A DNA stretch of 63,465 nucleotides, filler included, from Basidioascus undulatus (lineage: Eukaryota), in assembly GCA_000826855.1 (NCBI GenBank). It is 12 parts of 12 records of this genome, joined end to end, with 100 filler letters (N's around TTAATTAATTAA, not from the genome) between each part and the next. Parts side by side here need not be neighbours in the genome. Positions count along the whole stretch, not along the records: positions 46,131 to 51,138 come from JTLS01002029.1; positions 51,239 to 58,369 come from JTLS01002030.1; positions 58,470 to 63,465 come from JTLS01002031.1; 9 more parts are not named here. One strand, written 5' to 3'. Shown here piece after piece: positions 49,703-62,493 of this stretch (position 1 is its first letter; each line of letters starts with the position of its first letter). The notes below the pieces were generated by a model. It was not told the origin of the DNA. It saw only the letters and a list, made by a program, of their open reading frames with translations, and made no database searches. A program made the position numbers and the translations under genes.

Positions 49703-51138
49703 ATGGCGGAGCTCCTTGTCCGTGTCGACACGGCCCGAGAGCGGGACAATGTCGGTGTGGTCATCGTGGTCAGGAGGGCGACCTGGGACTTGCCCCGCCC
49801 GAACCGAAGCGATTGGTTTTGGGGGAACTTGAAGGAGGGTTTCGCAAGTTGTGGGGAGGGTTGAGGTGCTCTGGCGCAGAGAGAAAGATGAAGCTGATAA
49901 GGGTGGGTGGGGACTCGCAGCGCTGAGCCCAGCGAGCAGCAGTCGAAGTGTATTGACGAGCTGGGGGGCACGTATACGTATGATGTGAGTTCACACCACC
50001 CACCCGTCCTTCCGTACTTTCATCTCCCTATTGGTATCCCGTTCGCTAATGCTTCCCGCACCCAGACCCTCCTCGGCGGGTCACAGCTCGTGACGACCGA
50101 CCCGAAGGCCCTCTCGCACATCCTTGTCGTGGAGGCGTACCACTACGTCAAGCCGGACTCCATCCGGGACGCGCTCTCGGGGATGATGGGCGACGGCCTC
50201 GTCGTCGGCGATCGCCTCGTCGTCGTCGAGGGCCCGACCCACAAACGACAGCGCAAGGTCATGACCCCCGCACGTCCGGGTACTCACGCCGCTCTTCCTC
50301 GAGAAGGCTCGGAACGTGCGTCCATCTCCTGTTCAAGTGTACCGATTTGCACATGCCCCACTGATTTCGGGATGGACTGGGATCGCAGCTCCGCGACGTC
50401 TGGAGTGCGCTCTTGCACGAGGAGGGTCCAAGGAGCAGATGCTCAACGTGATGCCGTTTTTAAACGATCTGGCGCTCGAAATCATTGGTCTCGCTGGTCC
50501 GCTTCTACTGGCTTTTGCTCACGAGCGAGACATTCCGAGCTGAAGGATGCGATGCTTTTGTAGGCTTCGACTGCGACTTTACCGCTTTGGCCGATCTCGC
50601 AAACCGGCGCGCAAGCCGCATGAACTCGCTCTCCCGCAAGCTAGCAAGCATGATCGCTGGCAGCTACCAACGTAGGTCTTGCCCTACCGTCGCCCCTCTC
50701 CCAGGCGCTCCCTTTCCTCCATTCTCCCCGCCTACCCTCACCCATCGCGTCTGGATCTCCCAGCCCAACGTTCTCGAGATCCTCTCCATTTTCATCCCTC
50801 TCTTCAGAGCGGTCCCGACCAAAGCGCGGCGCATTCAGCGCGAGAGCATGGACACGATGGAGCGCGTCGGGCGCGAGTTGATCGAGGCAAAGAAGGAGGC
50901 GCGTGAGTTGGGCGAGGTGATCAAGAGCCGGGATTTGATCGGCTGACTTGGTATGTCGACCTTGCTTCTGAAAAGGGCGAAGCTGCTACTGTGTCATACT
51001 CACATCGAAGGACGCCTGGCGTGGGGGATCTGCAGTTCGCGCGAAAATGGATACGGACGTCAAGGAGTCGCGCTTGTGGGACGACGAGGTTTTCGCCCAG
51101 ATTACTACCATTATCGTGTCCACCTTGCTCCCAGTATT
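49703..51138 (+). pseudogene. Cytochrome P450 pseudogene (5' two-thirds)
   Basis: WFWGNL, DPKALSHIL, EGPTHKRQRKVMTPA, LALEIIGLA/GFD, RDLIG; frameshift near 50270 and in-frame TGA at 50944-50946. Confidence 0.82.
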
Positions 51139-52062
51139 NNNNNNNNNNNNNNNNNNNNNNNNNNNNNNNNNNNNNNNNNNNNTTAATTAATTAANNNNNN
51201 NNNNNNNNNNNNNNNNNNNNNNNNNNNNNNNNNNNNNNGCTATAGGGCCTTGCTGAGAGCGTCTATCGGTCTGGTTTTTTTATGCCAACACGATATTGAA
51301 CTCTTTTTGAAGTTACAATGGTCAGGGAATTATTCTATGGATAGGGGAATTGAATTGGAGGCCTGCGAGTGCTGGAGAGAGGGCAGATCTTGTCATCACA
51401 AACAGTCTACCATTGTTTGGCCTGCTGTGATTTGACGTTGCCAAAGTCGACAGACCTTCGGTTGTGTTTGAACTTCTAATAAGTCTATGGGGCGCAGTCT
51501 GGATTGCCCGACAGATTGATGGGGCAGCTTCAACCTTCAGATGCTACCTTTATCCCGAAAGAGATGCAGTGACAATCGGTCGGTCAGACCCTCATCGACG
51601 CTGATCGTAAGACTGTGGTGTGATAACCTTATCGGCTGGCTCCCAGCAAACTCTTTCAAGGCTAACAAGCACGGCCTGTCGCAAAACCGTATTAGGCCGT
51701 AGGTGGTGCGCACAGTGCAGGTTGCATAGCAAGCACCTCAGAGCGAAGCGAAGTAAGTCGACATGTCTCTGTCGCCTTTCGACTATACAGAGTGGGTACG
51801 ATGCGTAGACAATGTCCAACTCTCAAACTCCTGAACCAATCCCAAAGGACAGCGGGAGAGCCTGAAGGTTGAATTGGTGAGTAGGTTGCATTGTTGAGGA
51901 GGAGCTGAAAGCTTCCTCTTTCCCCCATGGCAGTGTAGCTTAAAAAGACCAACATGTTCAAACCAGAGACCACGATCGTGTAACTATCACGGTACAATTG
52001 AGACTGTCGACCTGTTTCCGCTCTTAGTGGCTATCTCTATCGGTTTATTTGAGCAGCAAAAC

Positions 52063-53065
52063 ATGAGGTGACGTCCGCTGTTCCTGCGCTCCTTACTCGT
52101 CCCGGCGGGTGACGACGACCTTGCCTTCCGTCCGCCACCGTCCACCCGCCCGAACACCCAAACTAGCACTTTCGCCTCGAGCACCCCCACGCTCATCATT
52201 CCCACGGTCCTTGAGCTGCCTACAGAAATTCTTTCCGAGATACTTTCGCTCGCGTACACGCCCGACTTGGGGTCTGTGGGAGTCTTCACGTCCCATCACC
52301 GCCCGAGGCAGGACTTTTGGCCGTACCCGGTCAGCCGCGTCGAAAGACTTCTCATCTGCAAGGATTTCAAGACGCTCGTCGAGCCCATTCTCTACGGCTC
52401 GATCGATCTCCTGGGGTTCTATCCCCGACACTCGCTTCTCGGGTACGCTATTGGTGCGGAGGGCTTTGTCCAATGCCAGTAACTCGTAATCAGCACCCGC
52501 ATGACTAGCAAAGAGAGGGTTGGTATTATACGCTCATGTCCGAATGTCCGTCGCCTCGAGCTCTATTTGAAAGTCCCGGATGGCACAAATACGGTCTGGC
52601 CGGAGTTCATCGAGGCGCTGAAGATCCTGCATCCCATTGAAGTGGCTTTCACCCTAAGCGGCGCATTTGGGGCAACTTCCGGCGACAACTCCATCTGCCT
52701 CATCGTCACCCTCAATGAAACTCCTTCCGTGGTCGCGTACGACACCCCTGCGCGAGCTTGCATTCGCTGAAGGCTATCATGATGGAACCATTTGGCCTAT
52801 CAGTCTCGCGGACGTTCCAGTTCACACTGTGCGAGTCTACATATCCCCCATCTCCCGCCCAGGTCTGTTTAACTCTCTCATTCAAGATCCGCACGTTCGT
52901 CGAATCGAGGTGTGCAGGGGCCCGAGAGAGAGACTCAGCTTCCTCGATCCCTCGAACATCAAAAGCGCGGCGTGGAGGGCTTTGCAGCCTTGTGTGGAGA
53001 TCGTCGAGTTCGACTTAGCTTTCAGGCGCCCTGCTCCGAGTGTGGGGGTTGATATTGAGGGATAA
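52063..53065 (+). pseudogene. F-box/RNI-like pseudogene
   Basis: VLELPTEILSEILSLA...LLICKDFKTLVEPILYGSI; in-frame TAA at 52480-52482, frameshift near 52665; IIRSCPNVRRLEL downstream. Confidence 0.7.
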
Positions 53066-53623
53066 AGGCGCCGGGGTCTATTTAAGGGATTGTAAGGCGT
53101 AGGACACGTTCTCCTTGTAACTCATCTGGTCGGCGCAATGATCAAGCAACGAACGCATGTGTGCGACGTTGTCAGCTCTGCGAATGGGAGTTCGTAGATT
53201 TGATGCGATTACTTCTGACTTTGCGCTTGTAACCCTGCTGAATGGAGCGAAGCATGGCGGGCGAGCTACGGTCATCTAGAGTTGGGCAGCAAGAGGCGAA
53301 CGTCGAACACCGCACGGTTACTCCTTCCGGCGCCTTGCGCTTAGACTCAGACCGTCGTTGACCTGATGTATCATGATCCATACATGGAAGAAGCAGATAT
53401 CCAACCTCCAGCAGCCCAGCAACAACAGCCGCCAGACAAAGACAAACAGCATACGTCCCATGTACTGCAACAAAACCATACATCATCGCACTGCGTGCGG
53501 CAACATTCAAAGTCAACCGATTGTCCAGCGACACATCGCACATCATGGGCGCCCTCGCTGCCCCCCCTCTTTTCCTATCTCGTCCTCCCCCGCACCCAAC
53601 CCTAAGAACCGAACCGAAACCGC

Positions 53624-56600
53624 TCAGTACTCGAGCACGAGCTCATCGTCATCCCCTCCGGCAACCCCATCCAAGTCTTCGTAGTTCCTCCTTGCCTCGG
53701 CGCCGCGTGCGGCGCGGGGGTCCTCCTTCGCGCCGGGCGGGGGCGGGGGCGGAGGCAAGTTGGCGGCGGTGGCAGCTGCGGCTGTCTCGTCGTCCCTTGG
53801 CTGGGGCGGGCCGTTCCTGCGCTGACGCTTGGGCTCGCGGTCCGAGAGGGGTTGGTCGAGCCCGGACGGGACGGGGCGGTCCGAGAGGCGGCGGGTGAGG
53901 CGCCCGCCCGGCGGCGAGGGTGGCGGCGCAAAGCCCGGCGGCCCGCGGCCGGATGCGGCGATGTTGGCTACCAGCGCGGCGGGGAAAGTCGACATCTCCG
54001 GCAGACGGCCGTTCACTGCTGCGGGCGCGTTCGCGGGCGGCGAGAGGTGCTGCGTGTCGATGACGTAGCGGTTGAACATTTGCACGTCGTCGAGGTACTT
54101 GGTGTCGAGGACCTCGGCTGCATGCCCACGTCCAGTCAGCGTCAACGGATCGAGATACGCGAGATGGTCTTCGTAGACACACGATGCTTATTCAGAATGT
54201 GCTTCTCCACGAACTGTAGAGCCTTGAACAGCTTCTGGCAGACGATGCAGCGGTACTTGTTCTCGTCTTCCTTCTTGACGTGCGGCGACGCGAGCTTGCC
54301 CAGTTCCCTGCAGCCGCGACGTCCAGTCAGCCAGCGAACGAAAACGGGACAATCGCGATCGACGCACTCCTCATAGCTTAAGCCACCATACGCCCGCGGG
54401 TCCGGCTTCTGCTCCAGCAGCAACGCGATCTTCTCGTCGAGCGTCTTGGCCCAGTGCTCGTCTAAAACAGCGCAGCCCCTCGTCAGCTTTCCTCCTCTCC
54501 TCAAAGACCGTAGAAAAGCCACGCACCAGGCGGGATCTTGCGACCCTTCTTCTGGTCCTCAGGCGGCGGGGGCGGAGGCGGAGGCGGTGCCTCGCCCGGC
54601 GCGCGGGCCGGCTGGCGCAGATAGCGGACGCTCTTGCGCAGGAGCTCCTCCTCGTAGTCGTGGACGGAGGCGGAGTAGTAGCAGGTGTGGAAGCCCTTGC
54701 GGAGGTAGGTAATGTAGAGGTCGAGCGCGCGCTTTGTCTGTTTCTCAGCGTCAGGCGTCCAAATCAGTACGCCTCTCGTCGATCCGCCAAGGCGAAAAGC
54801 ACCCATCAACGTACCCTGACGATCGTCTGCCGCTCCTCCTCGTCCTCGTCCCCCTTCCCCTGCTCCTTGGCCGCCTCGTCGTCCTGCTCGTCGAGGAAGC
54901 GTATGCGCTCCTCAACACGCGCGACGCCCTGGACCCTGTCGCCCTCCTCGCCAATCACGTCCGTGTTGTACCGCTCCTCGAGCACGCGCGCGAGCTTGCG
55001 CGCCTGGTCCAGGTCCTTCTCGAGCCGGTCGAGCGTGCTCGCGAGTTCAGGCGCAATCCGCGAGCGCGCCGTGTACGGCGTCGCGGCGCGGATCATGTGC
55101 AGCGTGAAGTTGTCCACCTGGATCCGGTTGGGCTGTCAGTCGGCGCGATAACTGGCCAGTGTGAGGAAGGAAGGGACAGGCCTTCGCCTCGGAGAGGTGC
55201 TCAGACAGCGCCTTGTCGATGTCTGCGCTGTCCTCGAACGCGATCCAGCCGACGCGGTGGAACTTCTTGTTAATGACCGGCTCGCCGAGCGCGAGGTACT
55301 TGAAGCCGTCGATCTTCGTGCAAAGCTGCAGGCCCACCTAGAGTGAGCCACAAGGGCGAAACAGGCTCGACAGTAAGGCTGAAGTCCGACGCACCTCCTC
55401 CAGCTTGACGCGCCCAATGTCCGGAGGAATCGTCTTGATGAAGACCTGGTTCTCCGGCGCGGGCACGGAGATGAGCTCGTCCCTGCCGTCCCTGCGCGGC
55501 GGAGATGCGCCGCCCTCGCCGCCGTCAGCCTCCTCCATCTTGACATCTTCTCCCTCGCGTCCTGTTCGCCCCCGTCCGCGTCAGCGCTGCCGTCGAACCC
55601 TGCAATGCCACGGCAAAGGAAACTCACGCTGCTTGTCCGAGTTCACGTCGTCCCACTCCCCCTTCTCCAACCCCTCCAGGAACGCCTCCGGCCGGCCTTT
55701 CCAGCCCTTGCGGCGCTGCTCCTTCCGGAGTTCCTGCATCTCGGCCGCGGGCGAGTACTTCTCCGCGAACCAAGGCGAGAAGCGATGGGTGAGGAAGAAC
55801 GCGTAAAGCTGGCAAAGAGAGGCAGAGTATCAGCTCTGGCCGCAGTTGAGTTTTCAGCAGAGACGCACTTGGCGGGAGTTGAAGTCTGCGCGGTACTTGC
55901 AGTACGCCTCGTACAGCTTGTCCGAGTCCTCGGCGAGCTCAAAGTTGCCCTTGTAGCGCGTCCAATCTGCAAAGTGACGGAAGGATACCTGGTGCTCGAG
56001 CGTCTCGGGATCGGGCACAAACGCGCTGCAACATCCACCAGGTCAGTTGCGCGGCTGAAGCGCGCAGGTGCACGAACTACGCACCGAGCGGGGGGCGCGT
56101 AGGACGGAATGGGAGCAGGCCGTGGAGGCAGTTCATCGTAGCGGTAGTCCGGCGGCGGACGCTCGGGGGGATAGGGGCGCTCGGGCGGGTATTCGTCGTA
56201 CGCGCGCGGCGGGGGTGGGAGACGGTCGTACGGCGGGCCGCCGCGGAAGCGCTCGGGTGAGTAGCGCGGCTCGCGGTACTCGCGTGGCGGAGGCGGAGGG
56301 CCGCGGTAGTAATCGTACAGGGGCGATGGAGAGCGAGGACGCTTGCGGCGGTCTGCATGCGGCCGAGGAGCGCGTCAGTCACGACGCGCTGAACAGAGGA
56401 AGATATCGGCAATTCTCAACACGCGTCGACGCCTTCCTTCCGCCCGGCGTGTCCATGCAACCAGAGAAGCAGTACTGACCGTCATCGCGTCCAGCCCATC
56501 CTGGTGGGGGGGGACCGCGGTGGAAGTCCCGGTCGCGGTCGTCCGGGAAGCGCATAGGCTCGCCGCCGCCGTAGTAGTCGCGCTCCCTGGAGCGGCTGCG

Positions 56601-56678
56601 CGAGCGGCCAGGAGGCGGCATCGGCGGATAGTTGGTGAGGTGCGGCGGGGCCGGAAGAGGGTGCCGTTCGGACGCCAT
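53624..56678 (-). CDS. ARS2: ARS2/SERRATE RNA effector (cap-binding complex partner), multi-exon
   Basis: RS/RD-rich N-terminus, SPWFAEKYSP, NQVFIKTIPPDIGRVKLE, FHRVGWI (RRM), LDLYITYLR, C2H2 finger KYRCIVCQKLFKALQFVEKHILNKH, YEDLD...LEY terminus. Confidence 0.92.
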
Positions 56679-57424
56679 GGGGTCTGGTGAGCGACGGAGG
56701 GTCAGTCAGACGCGCTTGTCCTAGAGGCGGACGATGGCGGACTGCGACGCACCGCAGCCAGAAAGCTCAAATCTCGTGGGGGAGATTATGGCGCTAAAAC
56801 TAGGGCGGCTCTTGCTGGAGTGACCGGGCAGAGAGGACAAGGGGAATGAGGGGAGGAGAGAGAGAGGGGGGATAAGCATGGGCAGGTCAGAGCGGGGAAA
56901 GCAAGCGCGGAGAGAGTAAAAGAGCAGGCATGGCGGGTAGACGCGGGCGGGGTGCGTATATGCGTGGGTGTGTGTCGGTATGGCGGTATGTATGCGTGGG
57001 TCTGCGAGTGCGTAGAGAGCAAGCTGCCGACTCACCAAGCGAGGACGGACGCAGCTGGAGAACCGAGCCACGCGGGCAGCGCGCGCTCTAACTCAACCCC
57101 GGCCTCGCCGGCCTCAACCGTAACTTGGGTCACTGGCAGGCTGCATGCAGTTTACACCTCGATCAAAATAATCGACTGAAAAAAAAAGTACAGTGATGTG
57201 CGATACAATTCGAACATGAAGGTCTCTTGTAGGCATTAGTTTCATGCAGCATTCCGCCGTCGACTGCAGAGCCAGGGAACACAAGACCTTTTCGCCCTTC
57301 TGAATTTTGGAAAACTTTCAAGACGGAGAGTGGGTGGAAGAACAGAGCAGCCCGCTGGAGTCTGTGATGTTCTGGTCACTTTCTGGACACACAACTTAAA
57401 AGTCAACTGTGAAAGCGTATCAAC

Positions 57425-57496
57425 TCCTCGTTGGTGTAGTGGCTAACATCGGGTGTTCTCACCGCCCAGCCCCGGGTTCGATTCCCGGACGGGGAA
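57425..57496 (+). tRNA. tRNA-Glu(CTC)
   Basis: Acceptor TCCTCGT/ACGGGGA; anticodon arm GGGTG-TTCTCAC-CGCCC; T arm CCGGGTTCGATTCCCGG. Confidence 0.95.
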
Positions 57497-58551
57497 ATTT
57501 TGATCAACATCATGTTGATGGCTTTCTTCCTAATGCTCTTTGTAGGTCCATATTTTGTCTCAGAAAAATCTCCTTCTTTTTGCCCCATTCATAGTACAGT
57601 GTTATCCCTCAAAGTTTTCCTGGCTATCGCTTTGCATCATGCACCGCCGCCGGCAGGTGTCGATGGAAAGCTGGACTACTACACGGGCACTCGACCACAC
57701 GGGCACTGTAGTTCTGTGAGCGCCTGGCCCTGAACTCGACGCTTGACTGTATGGGAACTCTCGACAGCGAGGATTGAAGTGGACATTGAGTTTGGATAGC
57801 AGGGTGGGCCAGTGGAAGGCATGTATCGGTCTTCGACGTCTTATGAAATGAGAGCAGCCAGGCAAAGACCACTTCCAAAACGGTGTCAAGGAAGCCCTAA
57901 AAGAGCGAGAGGATTGTAATCTTCAAATATTGGAAGTAGAGTCCCCGGGAATCCTATGTCGGGAGCATTCGGAACAGCCCTCGAGGAAGGGCTCAGAAAG
58001 AGGGTGGTTTTTCTTTGCGTTGAATGCGTATGCCGCTGCAGCAGCAAGAATCCGACCGTGTCCGCCTTGAGAGCCTTCAAGATGCCAAGAGCGGCTCCGA
58101 TGATGCAGAAGCGAATCTCAGAGCCCCCTGTACAGTGGACGCTGAGAGCGACTTTCAGCACTTCACAGCCTGGACATCCATCAGGGTACGAATGTGCCCT
58201 CTCAACTTAAAACAAGACTTATAAAGCAGTTGAAGCCTTGTATCATGCAAAGTATAAGGGCTTTCCAGGCCGTGCAAATTCACGGCGGTAGAAGGTGGAC
58301 GCGCAACGTGCAAACAAACCTCCCGGTGAACCGAGCCTGCGGGACAACGCCTGCCGGCCGTCGCTCCGCNNNNNNNNNNNNNNNNNNNNNNNNNNNNNNN
58401 NNNNNNNNNNNNNTTAATTAATTAANNNNNNNNNNNNNNNNNNNNNNNNNNNNNNNNNNNNNNNNNNNNGTGGGGAGGGAGGGCGGGGAGCAGGTAAGGA
58501 GGGAGAGTCGGTGCTCACGCTGAGGGTGCGACGTGGGGGCGTTGGGTATAT

Positions 58552-59367
58552 AGATCTCTTCACTGTCGAGGGGAGAATGGAGCGTCGAACTCCTGCACGG
58601 CTAACCGGAGCTCAAGTATAGGTGCGTCTATCGCGTCTCCACACTTTCATTCTCTCTCCGCACGCCGGCCACCTCTGCGATTCACCCAGGATATCCTTCC
58701 CACCCAGACTTTAACTGGTTTTTCAATTGCGCCAGCGCAGCGTCCACCGCAAAGTCCTGCGAAACAATATCTGTAGTACGGAGGAATTATGCAGGCGCCG
58801 CTGGACCGTTCGACTCGCTCGTCCTTCCCGTCGGCGGCGGCACGCCGCACGTGAACACCGCGGCGGCGTCGCTCTCGAGCGCGCTCGACGTCGAGCTCGC
58901 GCTGGAGGCGGGGACCCAATGGGCGATGGCGATTCTCGATAGCGGGAAGTCTGGCGTCGGGGGACCGTCGAGCGGGGTCATGACCGTTGCCGAGGGCGGG
59001 TCGACGGCGTGTTTGCCCGAGAAGAAGACGGCCGACTCGGGGGATCAAGAGGAACAGTGAGTGTGCGGGGTCATGCGTCTCTTGCTTCATTCGTATGCTC
59101 AAAATGGCCATTTCCCTCTCCTCAGGCTCCAAACTTTCCACCGGTGCAATAATCGGTATCGCCCTCGGGTCGTTCGCGGGCCTCCTCGCGTTCGCATTGC
59201 TCCTCTCCCGGCGCTGTATCGCCCACCACCGCCGGCGCTCCCCCCTCGACCCCGACAACACCGCCGCGGGCCGACCGGACCCTTTCCCAATCTGGCCGTT
59301 CAGCTCCGGCGTGCACTCCTCGGCTACCTCACCGCCGCCGCTGAGCAAGCGCAGCAGGGCCGCGTAA
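58552..59367 (+). CDS. Single-pass cell-surface membrane protein, 3' part (possibly degraded)
   Basis: LEAGTQWAMAILDSGKSGVGGPS...STACL ectodomain, then KLSTGAIIGIALGSFAGLLAFALLL TM helix with basic stop-transfer RRCIAHHRRR. Confidence 0.6.
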
Positions 59368-60433
59368 ACGTCCCTCGACCGAGCGCCCGACCCGCCCCTC
59401 TATATGCCGAGTTTGGCCGGGCACCTGCGAAACACGTTCTGCCAGATATTACTGGTGTTCCGTCAGACATCGGAGTTCCGCCAGATACCAGTGTTCCGAC
59501 GAAACCACGAACCTGAACCCCACCTCCCCTCCCTTGTCCCCTTCTGTTCCCCTCCCAACCCCTCTGCTGTACTACCCTCCCCCTCCCCGCAGGACGTTTT
59601 ATTATCGCATCCTATCCACCCGTATACCCCCACGCTCGTGTACTCGCTCAGTACCGTTCGCATTGCATTGATTTATCTGCTTTCCACTCTTGCGTGCATT
59701 TTCTCAGACTCGGCCGGGCTTTTCATCGTCCCGACGTTCAAGAATTCTCAGTCTGCCCACCTCCTCTGAGCCAGCACCGATTCTGCTTGACGTCGTCTTC
59801 TATCTGTCTCTGGCTATACGGAAGAATAAACAGATGGTTGAGAAGCACTGGGCAAAGTTATGGCGACGTGTGCTGGCAGACGCGACTGCGCCAGCCTCAT
59901 CACATCAGACGTACTGCCCGCGAAGTAAGCCAGCCGAGAAATCAAGTCATCGGCGATACCAAATAAACAATAATCTGAGGGCAGCGCGGCGGTGCAGAAC
60001 AGACTGCGCACTGTTCGACCGATTCAGACAGCTCTGTATGATGAACAGGTCAAGGGGCAAGTTTGAAGAACTCTGTTGAGGCTGATACGTCACCAAGATT
60101 CTTTGGTTTGTGGGTTTGGAGCTTCTCGTGCACGCCGAAGCCCTTTTCGAATCAGCGGCAGGACTCATTCGTCTGCAGCATACGGCAAGGGAGGCGAGGG
60201 TCGCATAGGGAACGAGCTTCGATGGCCGTTCGCCTCGCGCTCACCCTCCCATCCGCCTCGACTGCCTGAGCGCCTGGGCATATCATTGCACCAAGCACAC
60301 ATCCTCATTTCCTTTAATTACCTAATGATGGCCAACAGCCCACTGAAAGCTCAGGATCAGTGATAGTCGTGTGAAATTCTGACCTCCACTGTCCACTCCG
60401 CGCGTCTTCCGCGCGTCTTCCTCTCTCTGAAAT

Positions 60434-60449
60434 CGGTACGCGCGTACCG
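60434..60449. promoter_or_regulatory. Perfect 16-bp palindrome CGG-N10-CCG upstream of PQ-loop gene
   Basis: CGGTACGCGCGTACCG about 92 bp before ATG 60542. Confidence 0.4.
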
Positions 60450-60541
60450 CCTACAATAAAGGTGTTCTAGAACCCGGGCAACATCATGCTTCTTCCTCAA
60501 CAACCATCTTATCGTTCCTCCCGTCGCACAACCTAGGGATC

Positions 60542-61935
60542 ATGGCCGGCAACGCAGCGGTGGAGAACGCGCTAGGGACGGTCGGGACGGTGCTCTGGGT
60601 GCGTTGATGTCTTCTCCGTCCAGCGATGCGCGGGGTACTGAGCTGGGAGGGGAGGACAGTGCATCCAATTGATCCCTCAGGTTTGGCTGAATTGGTAAGA
60701 GGAGAATTGGGGGGGAGGTGGGAAGCGGAAGCTGAGAGCGGGTGCGTGGCAGGCGGACGAAGAAGACGGAGGGACTGTCGCCATGGTTGATGTGAGTGCA
60801 CTTGGTTCGTGTGACGCTTTGTGCTGAGAGGGAGGGAGCGACAGGTTCCTTTGGGTTGTCTCGGGGATATTCTTTGGAGCGTATAATATTGCCGCTGAGG
60901 TGAATATACCCCTCAGTAAGTCCCCTCCCGTCACACCGCTGGCAGAGGCGGGAGCAAGTCCTGACCTGACGGTCTGCTGTGCGTCTTCTTTCGGGTGGCA
61001 GTCGTCCAGCCTCAATGTTATGCCACCTTGTGCGCCGTTAGCTGGTGCCAGGTGAGTCCTGACCCGCGTTTCTACTGATCTCCCCCAGTAACCACTACCA
61101 TCTCATACACACCTCATGTGCACACAGACCTTGTATTACGATCACGGATACTCTCGCAATCAGGCCATCGCCGTGTTCACTTCCTACATGTTCATTGGGG
61201 GGGGGCTGGAAGTCGCCTTCGTCTATGCTCAGCGGGTGAGTCCTACGTTCGAATCGTCTCGTCGTACCCACGGGAAACTAGCTGACGCACGGACCTGCGT
61301 TTTCTTCAGGCGGGACTGGATCATGGGACAAACGCTCCGCTCTTGCTGTTCGGGATTATCGCTTGCTTGCTTTTGATCGTCGGGTTCTTGTGCGTAGCCC
61401 TTTCGTGACACCCGCCCCAGCCCTTCCGCCTCCCGCGACAAGAACTGACCACTGCGCTGACCTGCAGCCCGCAGCTGTATGAGATCTACCGGCTCAAGCG
61501 CGTGCAGGGCATCTCGTACCTCTTCCTTTTGATGGACGGCGCCGGGGCGATCTTCTCGGTCGTCTCGCTGGCGTTTGCGAAGGGCGAGCTTGACCGGCTA
61601 GCAGTGTGCGTCTTCTCTGTTCCCATGCCAGTGTAGGCCGCTGACGCTTACTCCGTTCAACCCGTAGAGCATGCTATGTGGGGGTTTTGTTCTTCGAGAT
61701 CCTCATCCTGGTCCTCGCGCTCGTCCTCAACCCCATTGCCCGCCGACGTCGTCTTGCGGAGGGAACGGAGGACGGAGAGCGGGACACGGAGACGGTCGTA
61801 GAGACGGAAACTTCCTTTGATGCGCATGCGAAGGGGCAGGAGGGTGAGGAGGGCCAATTGTCTGGGTCGGGGCAGGGAAGCGTGGACGCAGAGGAGACGG
61901 ACAGGAGAACGAGGCGGAGGGGACCGTCCGTGTAG
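60542..61935 (+). CDS. PQ-loop repeat membrane transporter (YDR090C/ILT1-like), multi-exon
   Basis: ENALGTVGTVLW/CIQLIPQVWLNW/RRRKTEGL, VNIPL/VQPQ, PQLYEIYRLKRVQGISYLFLLMDGAGAIFS. Confidence 0.9.
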
Positions 61936-62493
61936 GGTTGGGTGGAGACGGCGGACTGGATACTAGAGTATAGAGCTGATTCAGAGAATGCTCGTTGAAG
62001 AAACGGAGCCCTTGCGGTAAAACCAATCAAGTCCTGCGACTACCTGAAGGGGCAGTGTCGCGGCCCACTGGAGGACGACGTTGCTGCAGTGCGACCCAGG
62101 ACTTTCGCATCGGGTTGCGCATTCCTGATTGTAACTTTGAAGATCATTGCGACGCCAGGATCTTTCTTGAAGTATTACTTTTGATCGCTTCACCTACCCT
62201 CGGGTCGAATCCCAAGGACGCAGAAGAGAGGAGGAAAGGAAGACGCTGGGGCGTGGGAATTTGATCATGACCTCGATTCGAGATTCGAAGTTGCCGCCGC
62301 CTGCCTTCTCTCTATACCTTCATCACCCTCCTTTGTGTTTCTCCCGGACGCTGCGCAGGACTTTAAAAAGTAGATCTTTAGGTAGGCTGGTTTGTACTTT
62401 CCAATAGCAAGAGGAAGCGCAGGAGCTGATTGGAAGGCGCTGTGCAAGTCTTCTCTCTTCGCCTCCGCCGCCCTTCCCGTTCACCTCTGCACG

